Assembly (NCBI GenBank): GCA_002633005.1
Contig: NMRA01000076.1
Span: forward strand, 994,748-1,058,747
Direction: 5' to 3'
DNA: 64,000 bases
Source: Phoronis australis
Lineage: Eukaryota; Animalia; Phoronida
Below are positions 26,673 to 41,300 of the stretch, piece by piece. The position numbers and the translations under genes were made by a program. The first letter of the stretch is position 1, and each line of letters starts with the position of its first letter. Under the pieces are notes generated by a model. The model did not search any database and was not told the origin of the DNA. It saw only the letters and a program-made list of their open reading frames with translations.

Positions 26673-27097
26673 GATGACAATGCAGAGCGTATTTTGAAGC
26701 AATCCAGAGACAACTGGACCCTGAAAGATAACGAAACCAAATTCTCGGGATTTTCCAGTGTGAAAATGTACCAAAATAGGCCAATCATTGGTCAAAGGTT
26801 AAAAGTTGATGACAGTAAAAGGATTTCGACAAATTTAAACATAAAGAGACCGTCTCACATGTACACTTATTTGCAAATAAACTTGTGAAATGTGGCTTGA
26901 ATGCTTCAATAAAGGACCTAAAGATGGATATAGGGTGATCAACATATGAAAAACGAATCGTTTTAAAAATCGATCTAAACTTTTTTCGTTCACTTCCGGT
27001 TAATCTCACATGTTGATTCACTTGCGGTGTTAGAAATTTTGAAGATATATGAATATTTGATGATTTTACAATCTTATTAGAAGTCCTCGAAAGAAAA
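26673..27097. promoter_or_regulatory. Putative bidirectional promoter between TRAFD1-like (-) and TIMM10 (+)
   Basis: Divergent ATGs only 425 bp apart; ETS/GABP-like CACTTCCGGT at 26991-27000 and CCAAT at ~26781. Confidence 0.6.
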
Positions 27098-30000
27098 ATG
27101 GGCGACTTAACTCAGCATCAGATGAAACTAATTGGTGACTTAGAAATTGAGATGATGGCAGATATGTATAATAGGTAATGAAATGTTGTAGATCTGCTTC
27201 CGGTGAATATGAGCGGCATGAGCCTCTGTTAGGCAATTGTTTATTAGCTGAATGGTTAGCACGCTTGCAGGTTTTATGGGGGTCGCTGGTTTGTTTCCCG
27301 GGTCGGGTAATCTCGGCTATTACTACAGAAGTTATTGCCGAGATCACCTGACCCGGAATCTTGACGCTCGCAGCTGCAAAAGGTACCCACTGATAATGAT
27401 CCAAGGCTTTACCGCAACCAGGTGATGCTGTGTATAATACCCCGCTTCGCTAACAGGTAGCGCTGCTATTAAGCTGTCATGTCACTTGTTTATGATAGCG
27501 GGTAATCAGACAAGCAGACTATCAGCCCCTTTGACGTAGACAGTGCCAGTAGGACGTAGGAGCTCCTATAGGCGCTTCATATGCCGGAAGCTTTTCGGTG
27601 AATTATGCGAATTTTCTGAGACTGCTGTGTTGCGACGAAAAAGTACCGTCTACCCGCAATTGATGGCTTAACTGACCATTTAGAACTCATCATTCTTGAC
27701 ACACCTTCGTTTCCAAGCCGCCATTTTACCCAACAAACAACACGTTGCCGGATAAAACTTATTGTATGTTAGTCGACATTATGCAAGGGGGTGGAGCTTG
27801 CGATAGGTCAATTATTAGTACATGCTGCTGGCACCGTGTCAATATTTATTAACCCCTGGAAATTCACTGTCACTTTATTCCATATGTTCCCCTTAATCAG
27901 ACTGCTGTGTTGCAACGAAAAAACCCAGAAAACTGCGAGAGTCGGCTTTTGAACGGTCTGCCCTGAAAAAAAAAACCGGCACGACGCTCCTCTCACCAGC
28001 ATGGACCACCGCCTCTAAAAGCCAGCAAAACCAGGCATGTACTGCCCCTAAAGCCGCCACTCCCCCCCCCGCACCGGCACGTGCCGCCCTGAACAGTCTT
28101 GACTTGAGTAATATGGGTTCCTTGAGAACAGGTTTGTGGCGGGATATACCTCCCGCTTAGCGATAAAGCAACAAACCACGTGATTGGTGCCAAGCTCCAT
28201 CTGCTTGCGATAAAGCCTTGGATGAGTGGGTACCTTTTGCTTCGTAGCTAGAAAGGTTTAGACAAAAATCAATAGGTGCTGGCATTGAAAATACACGATA
28301 ATCTTGCGAAATCTGGTTTTTCTAGCGAGCTCCGAGCGTTTTCAGGGTTATTGAACTCGAAATCGGTGCTACGTGAAATACTGTACCCATGAGATACTGT
28401 ACGGATATTTTCAATGAATCGGGCTAGTCATTAAAGCCCCAGGCACGAGATTTTTGGCTNTACCTCCCGCTTAGCGATAAAGCAACAAATCATGTGATTG
28501 GTGCCAAGCTCCATCTGCTTGCGATAAAGCCTTGGATGAGTGGGTACCTTTTGCTTCGTAGCTAGAAAGGTTTAGACAAAAATCAATAGGTGCTCGCATT
28601 GAAAATACACGATAATCTTGCGAAATCTGGTTTTTCTAGCGAGCTCCGAGCGTTTTCAGGGTTATTGAACTCGAAATCGGTGCTACGTGAAATACTGTAC
28701 CCATGAGATACTGTACGGATATTTTCAATGAATCGGGCTAGTCATTAAAGCCCCAGGCACGAGATTTTTGGCTAGATGGTTCTTGTGGTTAGACAGTTGT
28801 TGAACTCTTCCCTGAAGTACGTTGTTTGGTACAGTATTGCATGTCTAAGTCATGTAGTACTGTACATGGAACATAGCCTCAAGAATTCTGACGTCTCGTG
28901 ATGGGAGGTTCTCCGTGAAATAAGGCTGCTGACCACTTTTGTATGTTTGGTGTTTTCTGATCATTCTAGAATGTGTTTAAATATTCAGTAAGTAGGTGTT
29001 TTGGATTGGACATTATCATTAATATACTTGTGATTCAAATAAGTAGCCATATGTGTTAACATATCTAATGAGCTCCTAGCTCTTGCTCTACCATAAAATT
29101 AATTAACAGTGACGACAAACAAAAATGAACAAGACCCATTTACTTAAGTATAACATTTTACGTGATCAAGTACATCAAGGAACTTAAACATAGCTAGTGA
29201 CTTATCACTTACTTAACTATGTAAAGTGTTTGACTGTAGAGTAGAAAATGTCTTGGTATGCTATTGTGCATGTGCTAAGTCGGTTGGTTACACCACACTA
29301 CTTCATGTGACAGTGACAAGCATGCTACTTGTGAGCATTCAGCTAATAGACAATATGTCTCGTTAGTGAGTGGTAACCGAGGCTCATGCCATTAATTGTA
29401 AGCACGTCCATAGCATCTCTCCTTTCCTACAGAACATGCGCACCTCTTTTCTGCAGGTCTCAGTAACATTCTAGCGCCCAGGAATTTGCCCTCAGCATCT
29501 CTCTCCTTGTATTCTGGATTCACACCATGGGTGCCGTTCGAGGTCCATGTCGGGTTTCATGGCAGTGCTTAGTCTATATCCATTTGCCAACTACGGCAAT
29601 TATTATAATTGCCGAAATCCCGTGACCCACAACTGAATCAGCGACCCTGATAAAACTGTAAAGCGTACTAACTGTTCATTCGGCTAATAGGGGAGTTCTC
29701 ATTAATGAGTAGCTGACAAAGGCTCATAGGATTCACCGGAAGCACATCTAAAACAGGAATCTATGAAGGAACTCCCATTAGCTGTTGACTAGTAGCAAAA
29801 GTGGGTTCTCAATTGCGAGAATTCCACTGTGCCGGAAAAGTTTACCACGTCAAGGATACATAAATCTCCCAATTATGAGAATTTGCTTTCACATACTTCA
29901 AAATTAATTTTTATTATTCCCAAAGAAATCGATATGGTCATTGGTGAAATAGACATCTTAAAGTGTTCTGTAAGGTTTGTTGTTACTGGTTTGATTGTAC

Positions 30001-31117
30001 AGTGTTGTTATTGATTTACAGTAGTTATTGCCTGCAGTAAGATCTGAAAAGAGATGATCAGCCTGTCAAACTAAAATTAACTGGTCAATTTTTAATTCTT
30101 GCGTTCTAACCTGCTAGTAATTTTTTGCACTCTATTCAGTGGTGCTAACCTTCCATTTCCCTGGTGGAATACTTTTTCCCCAAGACACGTAGTGAAATTT
30201 ATTCATCAATTGTGAGAATTTCTCCAGATCAAGATATTTTTTCCTAATCAGGAAAATTCACCCAATAGGAAGAAATTCTCCCAATTTGAGAACTTGCTGC
30301 TGTTGACATCGTCGTCAGTTCTGAATTTAGCCAGCCAGCTACTAGTAGATGTCTGAAGAGCAAGACTAATGTCAAAATACAGCAGTCACGTTGTGGAAGT
30401 TACGTCAGCATACGACTAATGACTGTATATGGTGCCTGCAATGTCTGGGGGTCAATCAACACTTAGCCTTTGGTGATAGCACATCGTAATCCAGCCTGTA
30501 CTATATGTAGCTTTTACATGTAGATGGACAACTTTGGAAGCAGTTGGAAGCCTTTAAGTCCTTTCAGCTACTGTAGAACAAATACCCGGGCATTGGCGAT
30601 TTCTTCCTCATAGGTTCCTTCATTCACCAACAAAAAGTCACTGGCCAGCCATTTTTCAGCGTTGCATTCTGGGATGTGTATCGCAGAAATCTTCATTGAA
30701 AACTAGATATCCAAATGTCTAGAATATCCAATATCAGATTGAGGCAAGCATCGTGAAGCAAACTAGTACTCAGCTATTCAATGGAGGACCAGCAGTTTGT
30801 GCTTTTACTTTACTGCATGTTGTGCTGTGGTGTGTTTGTCCCACAATCAGGACTTTAGAAAAGTAAGCTAGATTTTACCATGGTGACGTTTTTGTTCCAG
30901 AATGACTAATGCCTGTCAGAAGAAATGTGTTCCTCCAAGGTACAAGGAAGGTGAACTGAGCAAAGGAGAGTCGGTGTGCATTGACCGCTGCGTAGCTAAA
31001 TATCTTGACATTCATGACAGGATTGGTAAAAAGTTAACTGCCATGACTCAGCAGGACCAAGCTAAAATGCAGAGTGTGCAAACCGTCCCTCAGGCACCGG
31101 GGGCGATGCCAAAGTAG
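27098..31117 (+). CDS. TIMM10: Mitochondrial import inner membrane translocase subunit Tim10, 2 coding exons, 97 aa
   Basis: Exon 27098-27174 ([26 protein letters not shown], donor GTAATG) joins in phase 2 to 30901-31117 ([34 protein letters not shown]...). Twin CX3C motif and the Tim10-typical [16 protein letters not shown]. Confidence 0.95.
27376..28240. mobile_element. Non-autonomous DNA transposon in the TIMM10 intron
   Basis: TIRs GCAAAAGGTACCCACT..ATCCAAGGCTTTA.CGCAA at 27376 and the reverse complement ending at 28240; internal direct repeat AGACTGCTGTGTTGC.ACGAAAAA at ~27619 and ~27899. Confidence 0.7.
28147..28773. other. 313-bp near-identical tandem duplication flanking a single N (probable assembly artefact)
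   Basis: 28147-28459 is repeated at 28461-28773 with about 3 substitutions, separated by the N at 28460. Confidence 0.85.
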
Positions 31118-34100
31118 CGTTGAAGAATAGAGATGCAGTTTATCCCAATTATGGTGGTTTGTGCTAGCCCATGTGATAAGATATGAAGAAATATAGGAGT
31201 CAACTAAAGAATTAAGCTACATGCTGCCTAGTTCATAGTGACCCCACGTGACCTTGGGCTGCAGGCGTTCAGTAAGGCAAGGGTCTTGCAAACTTGTCGA
31301 GTTAACTCATGGACAATGCAAGGTCATCTAGTGTTTCACAGTGAAGCTCATGACCTTGGGTAAAATCTCACCAGTTTCAGACAAAAAGTAATTGCCATAA
31401 TTTTCACTTTTCAATGGCTTTTGTAAAAGAAAAACTAACTATAATTTGTACACCATATTATGCCCTAAATTTTTGAGATTTTACAGTAGCTACACGGTTG
31501 CTATCAAAAATAATTCACCTGCTATGTCTGGAGTTCCGAATTGTGAAAGCAAGTAGAATAAGCCAAGATATTTCAATGCAAGTATCTTGTTATTTGCATT
31601 TATTTATTGGGTGTGCCCGATTTTACTTGAGATGGCAACAGAGGTTCTTCTGAAGGTACCCTCTGCAGGATATTACCAAAAGTGCAAAATTGCAGAGTGG
31701 CAGAGAAGTGATTTTATTTTGTCAACAAATTAATGTAATTTACATTAAAGAGCATTACCTTATTGCTCGATTTTTTACTGTATGACTGTCATTTTAAATG
31801 TGTGCAACAGTAATGTAGTTAGTGGTTGAAGAAAGTACTAAATTGTTTCGCCAAAGAATCATTTCAGAGATGTGTTATCACTTTGTTCAGTTAAACCCCA
31901 TTGCAACAAACCCACCAGATTTCTTTAACGTAATTCAACTTCAAAATAATTACTGGTTTTTGTCTGTTAAATAACCCATTTCACTAGAAAAAGGACAGAG
32001 TTCGTTTGATGTTCAGTGCAGGTAAAAGCACAAAATTAATTTTTCGACATATATCCAGTCCATCTTCTGATTTAGCTGGAGGTATGTAGCAGTGGAAAAC
32101 AAGTCTTTGTAGGACAGTGGTATTGCAGTAAGCGAGGTAATGGGAGAATTATATGGCTCATGGTAAAGTTCTTGAAAAAGCTTGTTCATCTGTATTGAAG
32201 TACTCAGATAATACAAATTCACTGCAAACAACTGCAATACACTGGTGAAGCTCCCATTTTTGTGTTGATGCAAAAAAAAACTGCGACAAAGTGGGTATTT
32301 TAGCTAACTTGGCTTAATAAGGTAAACTCTTCACTTATTGCATACAAAAGTAACTCCCACATTTGTCATTTCTAAATTGATAACTGCTGATTAACTCCAA
32401 CTAATAGAAACTGACCAAATATTTTTAAAAAGCAAACGTTTTCAAATTTGAAGAAAATTTCACGTGTCCACCGTCACGTGTTATGGTGAAGAATGACTAA
32501 GCAGACAAGGACACGTGGTCCACATTCAAATAACCTGGGGCCTGTGTAAGATTGCTTTACTACTGCAGGCTCAGCTATTCACTGATCCACAAGGGGTAAT
32601 AAAACAATCTCCAAAGCCAGGACCATAAACCTTTTTTAAAACTGTTTACTTATACAGGCCAATGGGGACAGTTGTATACAACGAACAGAGTTCCAAAAGA
32701 ACTGCTTTCAACGACCAATTTTAAAAGACTTCTGTGAAGATGCACATGATTTACACCATCTGCAAAATTCTAAGCCACTATGAGAACTAGTTACCCCCTC
32801 CAAGCCCTAGAATGCCACCAACTTATCACGTTCATCCTGCATAGTTTTCAATAAAAAGACTAAACATGAAAACGAGATAAAAAGTAATACTGAATCACAT
32901 GAAAATCATCCATTTTTTGCACTTAGGACACCAATTTTAGACAAGATTGTTACTTTTCGAAATCCAATGTACACACACTTGTCCAGCTTGTTGGTACATT
33001 TCCCTTTCACGTCTACTGGGTAACAGTAAACTACAAACGAAAGCTCAATTTTAATCACATTTTGTCTGTAACGTTGCATCAGCCTCATAACACTGATAAA
33101 AAAGTTTGACATTGAAGTTTGATTGAAAGTGTGCAATATACAACGCCAGGAAGAAGATGGGGGCGTTTTCACAATTATAATTATACTCAAAGGTTCTGAG
33201 AATAAAACAACTTTGTGTTTCAATGTTCTTGGTATTTGAGGTACCCGACAGTGAATTCAATTTACAAGGACGGTGCATATACTATACAATATGGGGTCAT
33301 CAACAAAAAATCAACAAAACTGTAAATAATATGTAGTTTCATTCCTTAACAACTGCTCCTGGAAACGGGGATTTTTTCAAACGGAACACCCAACACCTTG
33401 CGCGGGTTAGTCTTTAAGAAATGTTACTGAAAACTGATATAACGAGACATACCTTTAAATTAGTCGAATTATAAAACAAAACGAAAATGTTTACAAGCAA
33501 ATTCATGTTCTGAAAGTGCTCTTTAACATATGAACTTGGACAAGCGCACCAATACATACACCACCAGCAAATTGGTAGATTCTAAGCCTGTTCACACAGG
33601 CAGACAAAAGATGAAGCTTACAAACAAAGAAAATGCCGACTGGCAGAGCTAGCTTGACAGAAATTTACACAGAACTGATCTATTAACAGTTAAGTAATAT
33701 GTAGCAAGGAATCATCTTGGCACAGTAAACTGAACAATTCAAGTACACTACACAGACTAGGGCAAAAAAATATTAACTATACAAACCACTAGACATAGTC
33801 ATTTTGACCTAACCGTATTTCCATAAACATTTCTACAGTAAACACATACCCACTCGACAGCACGCAGTATCGCACAATGCAGTTTGGTTCGACATTGCAA
33901 GTACATTTCTTTTAAGTTCAATGCTTTTTACATCTCAGAAATTAAGTTTGGCAACTCTTTCAGGGGCTAGACAAAATTTCCTATAACATAGTTCAAAAGT
34001 AAACAATATGCCTCACAAAGGGGTCCAGTGAAGATAGGAAAAGTGTTCGGCAAACTGGAAATTCAATGTGGAACCAAGAAATTTGCTATTTGGAACTATT

Positions 34101-35303
34101 ACACTGGACAGAAAAATCTCGCTGAGAGGATAGTATAATTATCTGTTTTCAACATTTGTTTGAAATGGAGAATATGACCTGCGACTGAATTGGAGCAGTA
34201 AAATATTGGAAGGGCTGGCCAGTCTTAAGATATTCTGGTGCCTCTCATTCACTCCAAACAGTCGATGGGATCATGGTAACGTTAAATCAATTCTATTACA
34301 ATAACAAGCCTAGCTTTGATTTTGGCATCCCAACGTATATGAGGAAAAACAGTCCCAACACATTACGCGTCGTGTTTTCTTAGAAATATTGTAACAGAAG
34401 TGATGACAAGTACATTAAGTTAACATAAGGGACAGAAAATAACTGCTGTACAAACGAATAGAACAGCTCGTGAAAGTCTATCCCACGGACATTTCACTTG
34501 ATCAGTTCAATGTGGACATTTTCGAACCATTACATACGCTGAGTTCAAGTAATGGGCAACAAAGCGATCTACTTCTACTTGCAGTTATGTGAGATGAAAT
34601 TATGTACAAGTATGGCAATTTAACATCTGATTCCTGCGCTTCGACATACACTGCCAAATAAATAACATTTCATGTCACATTTCAACACGTATTCAAGTAA
34701 TACTGATAGACTACTTCAAACAATTACAGATTTACAATATACAAAAACCTAACACAACAGAAGTTGACGAACACACAAAACGGGCTACAAATTTGAAGCC
34801 AAAATGACTATATACAGAGCATGTGGTTATGCAATATGCAAGCTTGAATATAACAAGATAACAGGTCTACTGTGATACACAGACAGAAACGTTTTTGTAA
34901 GCATATACACCATTTTTCACAACTGGATGTCGAATCCCGAGGGAGTACAATGATGTTAATTTTTAACTGTTAGTTATACAAAAATAATTCTGCTATATAC
35001 AAAATAAATTCTCATAACACCACAAAACAAGAATTAAAACTACATTAAACAGATGAGCATTTTTTGCCAAAAAACATACAGACAACGACATCTACAACAA
35101 ATTGTACCTAACAATGCAAAAAGAGTCGGATATTTTCTCTCAACTGTTTATAGCCAATGCTTTTCCTGAGCTCTCAGAAAAGCATTCCTAAATGAGGACA
35201 ATTTAACAACTGATCTCAGCGCCACCTGACGTTTTCCTGGGAAAGTACGAAACTGAATGTGGCTGCCAATGAGTAAGTAGCAGTGCGACAGTACCAGAGA
35301 GTG

Positions 35304-38300
35304 TTAGACAGCCTGTTGGTGTCTCTCAATCTCGTCCACTGTGAGAACGCGACCATCCTTGCTGGGTATCTTGGGCATAGCCGTCAACTGTTGCTGCATG
35401 ACGCCATCTCCGAACCACTTCGCCAAGTTGACAGCACCGCTGGTTGGCTCCGTCTTGGTCGGCTCCTTAGCCTGCTGCTGTGCTTGGGGTATGTTCACCG
35501 CTGGCCGTGACGGCTTGGCCCCACCCTGTATTGGCCTGCCGGGGGATGCTGGACCCGACACTGGACCTGTAGTAAACAGCACGTAAAGTCTGAATTTCTG
35601 GCACGAACAAAGTTCACTACATAAATAAGTAATTGAGAAAGCTACTATTATTTAAGTCCACTATGAACACTAGCTCCCGGAGGTTATTGTTTTCATCGTC
35701 AGTTTTATCTAAAGTTTCCAGGAAAAACTTCTAGAATAGATAACATATCTCATCAAGCTCTTAAAATGTTCACCACAAAACTAAATTCCTCAAGTGAAAC
35801 TAAATATTTTTGAATATGTCAATTCGAATATCTACTTGTATGAACTTCATTTTCCAGACAAATGCACTGACATGTTTGTCCTGCTTTGATACCCAACCGG
35901 AGATGCACACAATGACTAAAAAGTTCAATTATAATTCTCAGGGCTGTAGTTAAATTGTTTTCAAATCCATTACAGTTAACCAGTAACAAAAATCCCATTG
36001 GCAGCTGAAGTTAAAAATCGTTACAACCACCAATCCAAATGGTGAGCAACCTAACTACACATAACACTTACTAGGCACCTGTCGCTGGACCTGCACTAAG
36101 CCAGCTAACTGGGGCTGAGGTGACATGCCGCGACCAAAGGTAGCTGCCCTATTGGCACCAGCCATGTTAACAGCAGCAGGAGGAAGGACGCCCTGCTGTG
36201 CCTGCTGAGCTGCTCGTTGCAACATACTGAGATAGGTGAGCTGCTGTTGTGTTAACTGCTGAGTACCTGTGGTATTGGAAACAAACACAATCGAACATGG
36301 CTTGCACGAATATGCTCGATAACAAGAACTAAGATTTTTAGGCTGTGTCCAGACTTGAACGGAAGTTATCAAAAATTGCTGTTCAAGGGAGTCGAATTGT
36401 TGATCCGACGTGGTTACCACACATACAGACTGTGTTGAAGTGTCCAAGTCCATCATTTTCATTGTTTTGACATGAAACTAAACTGCACGTCTTTCAAACA
36501 CCTCCAGGAATTGAAAGCAACGAAAATTTAAAACAAAATATTCAAACTCTAGATTAAAAAATACCAACCTTTCTGTCCAGCCACTGGGTTCATCATCCTC
36601 TGCAGCAAGAGGGCGTTGTTCAGTTGCACCCCAGCAGTAGCACCTGACAGTGGCACCGGCTGTTGTCGACCTGTGATAGGTATGCCATAGGGGTTACCAG
36701 AGGACACAGCAGATAAGTTGCGTTGTTGTTGCTGTTGAATGCTAGCATTGTTGGCTAAGTGCAGGATCTGAGCCAGGTTAGCCTGTTGTTGCTGCTGCTG
36801 CTGCTGCTGTTGTTGTTGTTGTTGCTGAGCCAGCTGTTGTAACCTCTGCTGTTCAATGGCTTTGCTCATTTCAGCAGCCTGTAAGAAAATTGTGCTTAGC
36901 TAGTACCAATATTCATGATCTGGTTAGAGCTTTATTACTACCAGCCAATATAACATTGTGCACTCCAATTCATACCATTGCACAAACTGCAACTAAATGC
37001 CAAATACAAGGCTTTCTGCGTGGTGGACTTCCCATTTCAGGCTTTCTAGTTGTACCCCATAGCAATGTTCAATACAAGTGTCACACGCAACAACCTTTAA
37101 GCACTAAAGCAAGCTGTAATTTCAAAATTGGAAATTGCATTGAACCAATAATTGCAAGACTCAAAATAACAGGGAAGAGCTGGAAAAAGGCTCAGTTTCA
37201 AATAACCTTTTGAAGGACAAAAAGGCTAAGAGCAGAGGAAAGCGTCCAAATTCTTCTATTACCGCGACAAAAACGGACAGCAACAATTACCGTAACAACT
37301 AAGCTAAGCATGGTTCATGAAGTAATCTAGCGCCACCTCTGGAAGAGTGTGGCCCTGTGAAAGGATGTTGGCCGGCTATCAGTGTGTGGGCATCAGTATG
37401 CATGCTTTGGCTGGATGCAGATTTGTGGTAAGCATACAGGTAAACATACAGGTAAGCATACAGGTAAGCATACAGACAGGGAATGAGATGTAGAAGCCTA
37501 GTGAATTGTTGTTTAATATGACACCTTGTAATCCCGAGTGCGTCACAAAACACATACATAATGGAATGCATCGATATAACCTTTTCTTGTTTTTGCAGCA
37601 TGTGCAAGCCACGACAACTCTCAAAAGATGCAGCAGTAGACGCATTTCTCAACGTCAAGGAATTGGAATGTCCAATATTATTTTTCAACCAATCAGAACG
37701 TGCAAATGTTAATTAATGAGAAGCCATGTTACAAGACCCTTTCACAGCACTTCACCGACTGCTGTAACACAGGGAAAGAGTTTTAAGGTGAGACACCCAT
37801 GATCATGCACAATCTCCCCGACTGAAACACATGAGAAACTGAAGCCTGTATCCACAATACTTAGTCCAATCCCACTCGGTTCTTTTCCCGATTTTCGAGG
37901 CAGTACCAGGAACTACAGTACAAGCCAAAAGTATTCAGACAAAATGACCCACAATTCCCCCATCAGGACAGCTGGCAAATGCCAAATTCATAGTCAGAGT
38001 AGCCTTAACTAAAAATCGATTATCAGCAAGAATTAACAGGAAACTTGGCAAGATGGCTAAGCCATTCTGTAATTAGAATTTTGCCGCCTTAATAGTCATT
38101 ATCAGTCATTTTTGCAGTTAACAGAATTAGCCATCATGGCTAGAAAAGGCTATTTTGTCTGATTGCTTTTGTCTTGCACTCTCGCTTGACAGAGTCCTTA
38201 CTTGTAGGTTGCTGGTCTGTGCTGCCATCGCATGATACTGCTGCTGCTGCCGCAAGTGTTCGATGATCTTGGCCAGGTCCCCTGCCTGGGGGTGTCCCTG

Positions 38301-41300
38301 TTGCTGCATCAGCCTCTGTTGATCTGCCAGTTGTGCCAGCTGGTCGTTGACTGATTGATTGTGTTTGTGCTCTGACGACTGCTGGGGGTGATGGGACGTG
38401 CCGTTACCCGTGATGGGACGCAAGTTCTGAGCTGCCACAGGTACCGAGCCTGCAATGATCAGTAGCGTTAACTTATCGATCTGTTTGGACTGACCTTGAC
38501 CCTCACTGGATCATGTGGTATTGCTCATTACTGAGCATAATTTATGTTGAATGTGAATCTCTGTAGATAACCAGTACCAATACAGCTAAAAAGACCATTT
38601 TCAGTTTAAATGTCACAGCTGTCAAATAGAAACAAATATTGGTGACATCTTAAGTGAGGCCCATTTATAACTAGTTGCAATGTTTTCACTCAATCAACTC
38701 CTGTGCATGTATATTAAGCCTACAGAAAACAGACATGTTCTTGGGTAAATATCTCTTTATATTCTTCACAACATAAAGAACTCCACAACAAAACAATACT
38801 AGTTTTACAGCTGCTATAAACACACCTACAGTAAAAAAAAAAATAAATTCTCGTTCAGATCAGTTTGATAATCAACGGCCTAAGCAAAAGTTAAGAGTTT
38901 TGGCAGAAGGCAGCTAGCAGTTAAGTGCAGGTGTCTTTGACGTGTACCTTTTATGACTGGCCTGCCAGACTGCCCAGTGACCATGTGACCGCCATTTGTG
39001 GGTGTAGACTGCTGCGCTTTCTGGCCCACCACCGCCCTCCAGGCGTGCTTAGATGACTCTTGTAACGTTGCATCACCAGTGGCGTCTGGCAGTTCCTTGA
39101 ACATATTCTTCATGGGGCCTGATTTGCCTGGAGAACCACGGCATTCTCAGAGGATAACAAATAGGAATCAATGTGAACAGATAGAGCTATTATTGAGCAG
39201 GCTCGACTAATGAGTATACATTAAAAGCAAGAAATATACAGTGTTCAGTGGTATCAGTAGCATAGTTTCCACATAAACAAGCACCCATGTGTGTGTGTGT
39301 GTCTACCAATAAAATACGAAACACTAAAAAATAACGCCACTGACATGACACAATTTTTCATCAAATGCTTATAGTCGCGTGCTGCTATGTGTAAATTTTT
39401 TGATCTGCAATGTTCATGGTGAGCACTACCACAGAAGCCCCCCCCCCCTAACAGTCCCAGCGTACTTGTCAAAACTTTATCCCAAAACATGTTGCAGTTG
39501 GCCTGGTCTATACCACACCTGAATAAGGTTCCACTCCACAAGTCCCACGACAGCTGTACTGTATATAAGTCAATTTGGTTACAATGAACTTTAGCTATCA
39601 CAAATGTTTAATAAGTTAAAGATGTGTTTGCATGCTTCTATCTATGCTCATGTATAGCAAGAACTGAACGACTGTGCTAGTTGAATATCAGCTATCCTAA
39701 ACAAGATGCAGTTGTATCCACTGACAACTTGTAGACGTGAAAACAAAAAATTCAATAGATGACCTTTGCCCTAATGACGTACCTTGGGGGCTCCCATGCC
39801 CCACATCATGCAGTGTTATTCCCCAACACCACGTCACTGTTTTTACTGAACACGGTTGAGTGATTTACGGCAGATCAGCTTTGACACAAAACTTGCTCTT
39901 AAAAACATTTTGCATTTTTCAACGTACTTCATGTTCACATCGTCACTAAATGTTGTGTTTCTAACTAATTTGACTGAGCAATCACAGAGATAAGCTCCAT
40001 ATTATGTCTCACAATAGATCACATTTCAACTAGAAGCACTCCGTGAGGAGCACAGGTTCTACAAGCCAGGGTTGCACTTCCTGGATGTAAGACATTCACG
40101 AAATTAGCGAGATCACTCAAGTCATTATGCTATAACCATTCATTACAATCAGACCAAGTGACTAAAGTAACTTTACTCACGAGTGCCTTGCACCTACAGA
40201 CACCAGCCCTGTTTATCGCTGTGTTTCAGTTGCAGTCAAACATACCCTTCAGCTTAATAAACTCTAGCATTTTAAGTTTTCTAAACTGGTGAGTATTTAA
40301 CAATGTCTAATTATAAGATCCAGTTATAAAGACCAACAATGCCTAAAATGCTTAAACTTCACATACCATTCAAGCTGAGACTCTGGTCCTTCTGTTTGTC
40401 TTTTTCTTCCAGCTTGTCTGTAGCCATCTTACGGATAACTGACGTCGGCGTGAAGGCTACAGGTACTGTTGGCTAGAACACCAATTATTAGACAAGTGTA
40501 AGATATCTCTCGTTCAATCACTACAGAGGTTTATGTGCATGCAAACTTAAAGGAACTTCACATGTACAATATACAATAGGCTTTGATGCACAGCTCTGTA
40601 ATGTCAATGTGACTGCTGTTGCCATCCAGAAGTGTTGCATATGACAAATGTACATAAATCACAAGCAGCAGATGTAAAGGTGCTCATCATTGGAGGGGTA
40701 CACGGACCAAAGTGACTGATTGTCCAATCAAATTTGGTCTAAACTGACTAACATTTACACCTCCACCAGTCAACAACTATTGGAAGTGTTACAACAGTCC
40801 CTGTAAATGTCTTCCTTCTGTGCATTGAACCCACCTTGATGGGTGTGGACGATGTTGAGACTGCAGGAGATGTTGGAGATCGTTCCCTGGAACACAAAAC
40901 ATAACGTTAAATCATATGGCCATGTTTCATGAGAATTGTGAATAAAAGTGATTTGCAATAGAATTTAGCTTTCAGTGACTGTGTCAACACGATATAGACT
41001 TTCATTTCTCCAAAACAATGGTGCTTAACTTTGATTTCAACAGATTTCAGTGAGGAATTAGCGAGCACACTACGATTCAGCTGTAGTTGGACTTTGTTCC
41101 GATTAAAATGGTACTTGATAAAATCGGCGTCTATGAGCTCCCCTACAATCAAAGCATCCGAGTATAAACACTTATGACTCACTGTTGTCTCTTGAGGTAA
41201 CGCTCCTTCTGTTCTTCCAGTTGTTTCCGGATACGTGCGTTCTTCAGGATGTTCTGGGTGTGGATGGCCAGCTCCTGGGGGGAGGGGACGCGAGGCACCA

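Noticed and set aside
28147-28773. Apparent recent 313-bp tandem duplication
   Set aside because: The copies sit exactly either side of a single N, typical of unmerged overlapping contig ends from two haplotypes.
37426-37474. 12-bp repeat x4 (GTAAGCATACAG) creating CAGGTAAG donor-like words
   Set aside because: It lies on the strand opposite to 4E-T, with no + strand gene evident; a simple short tandem repeat.
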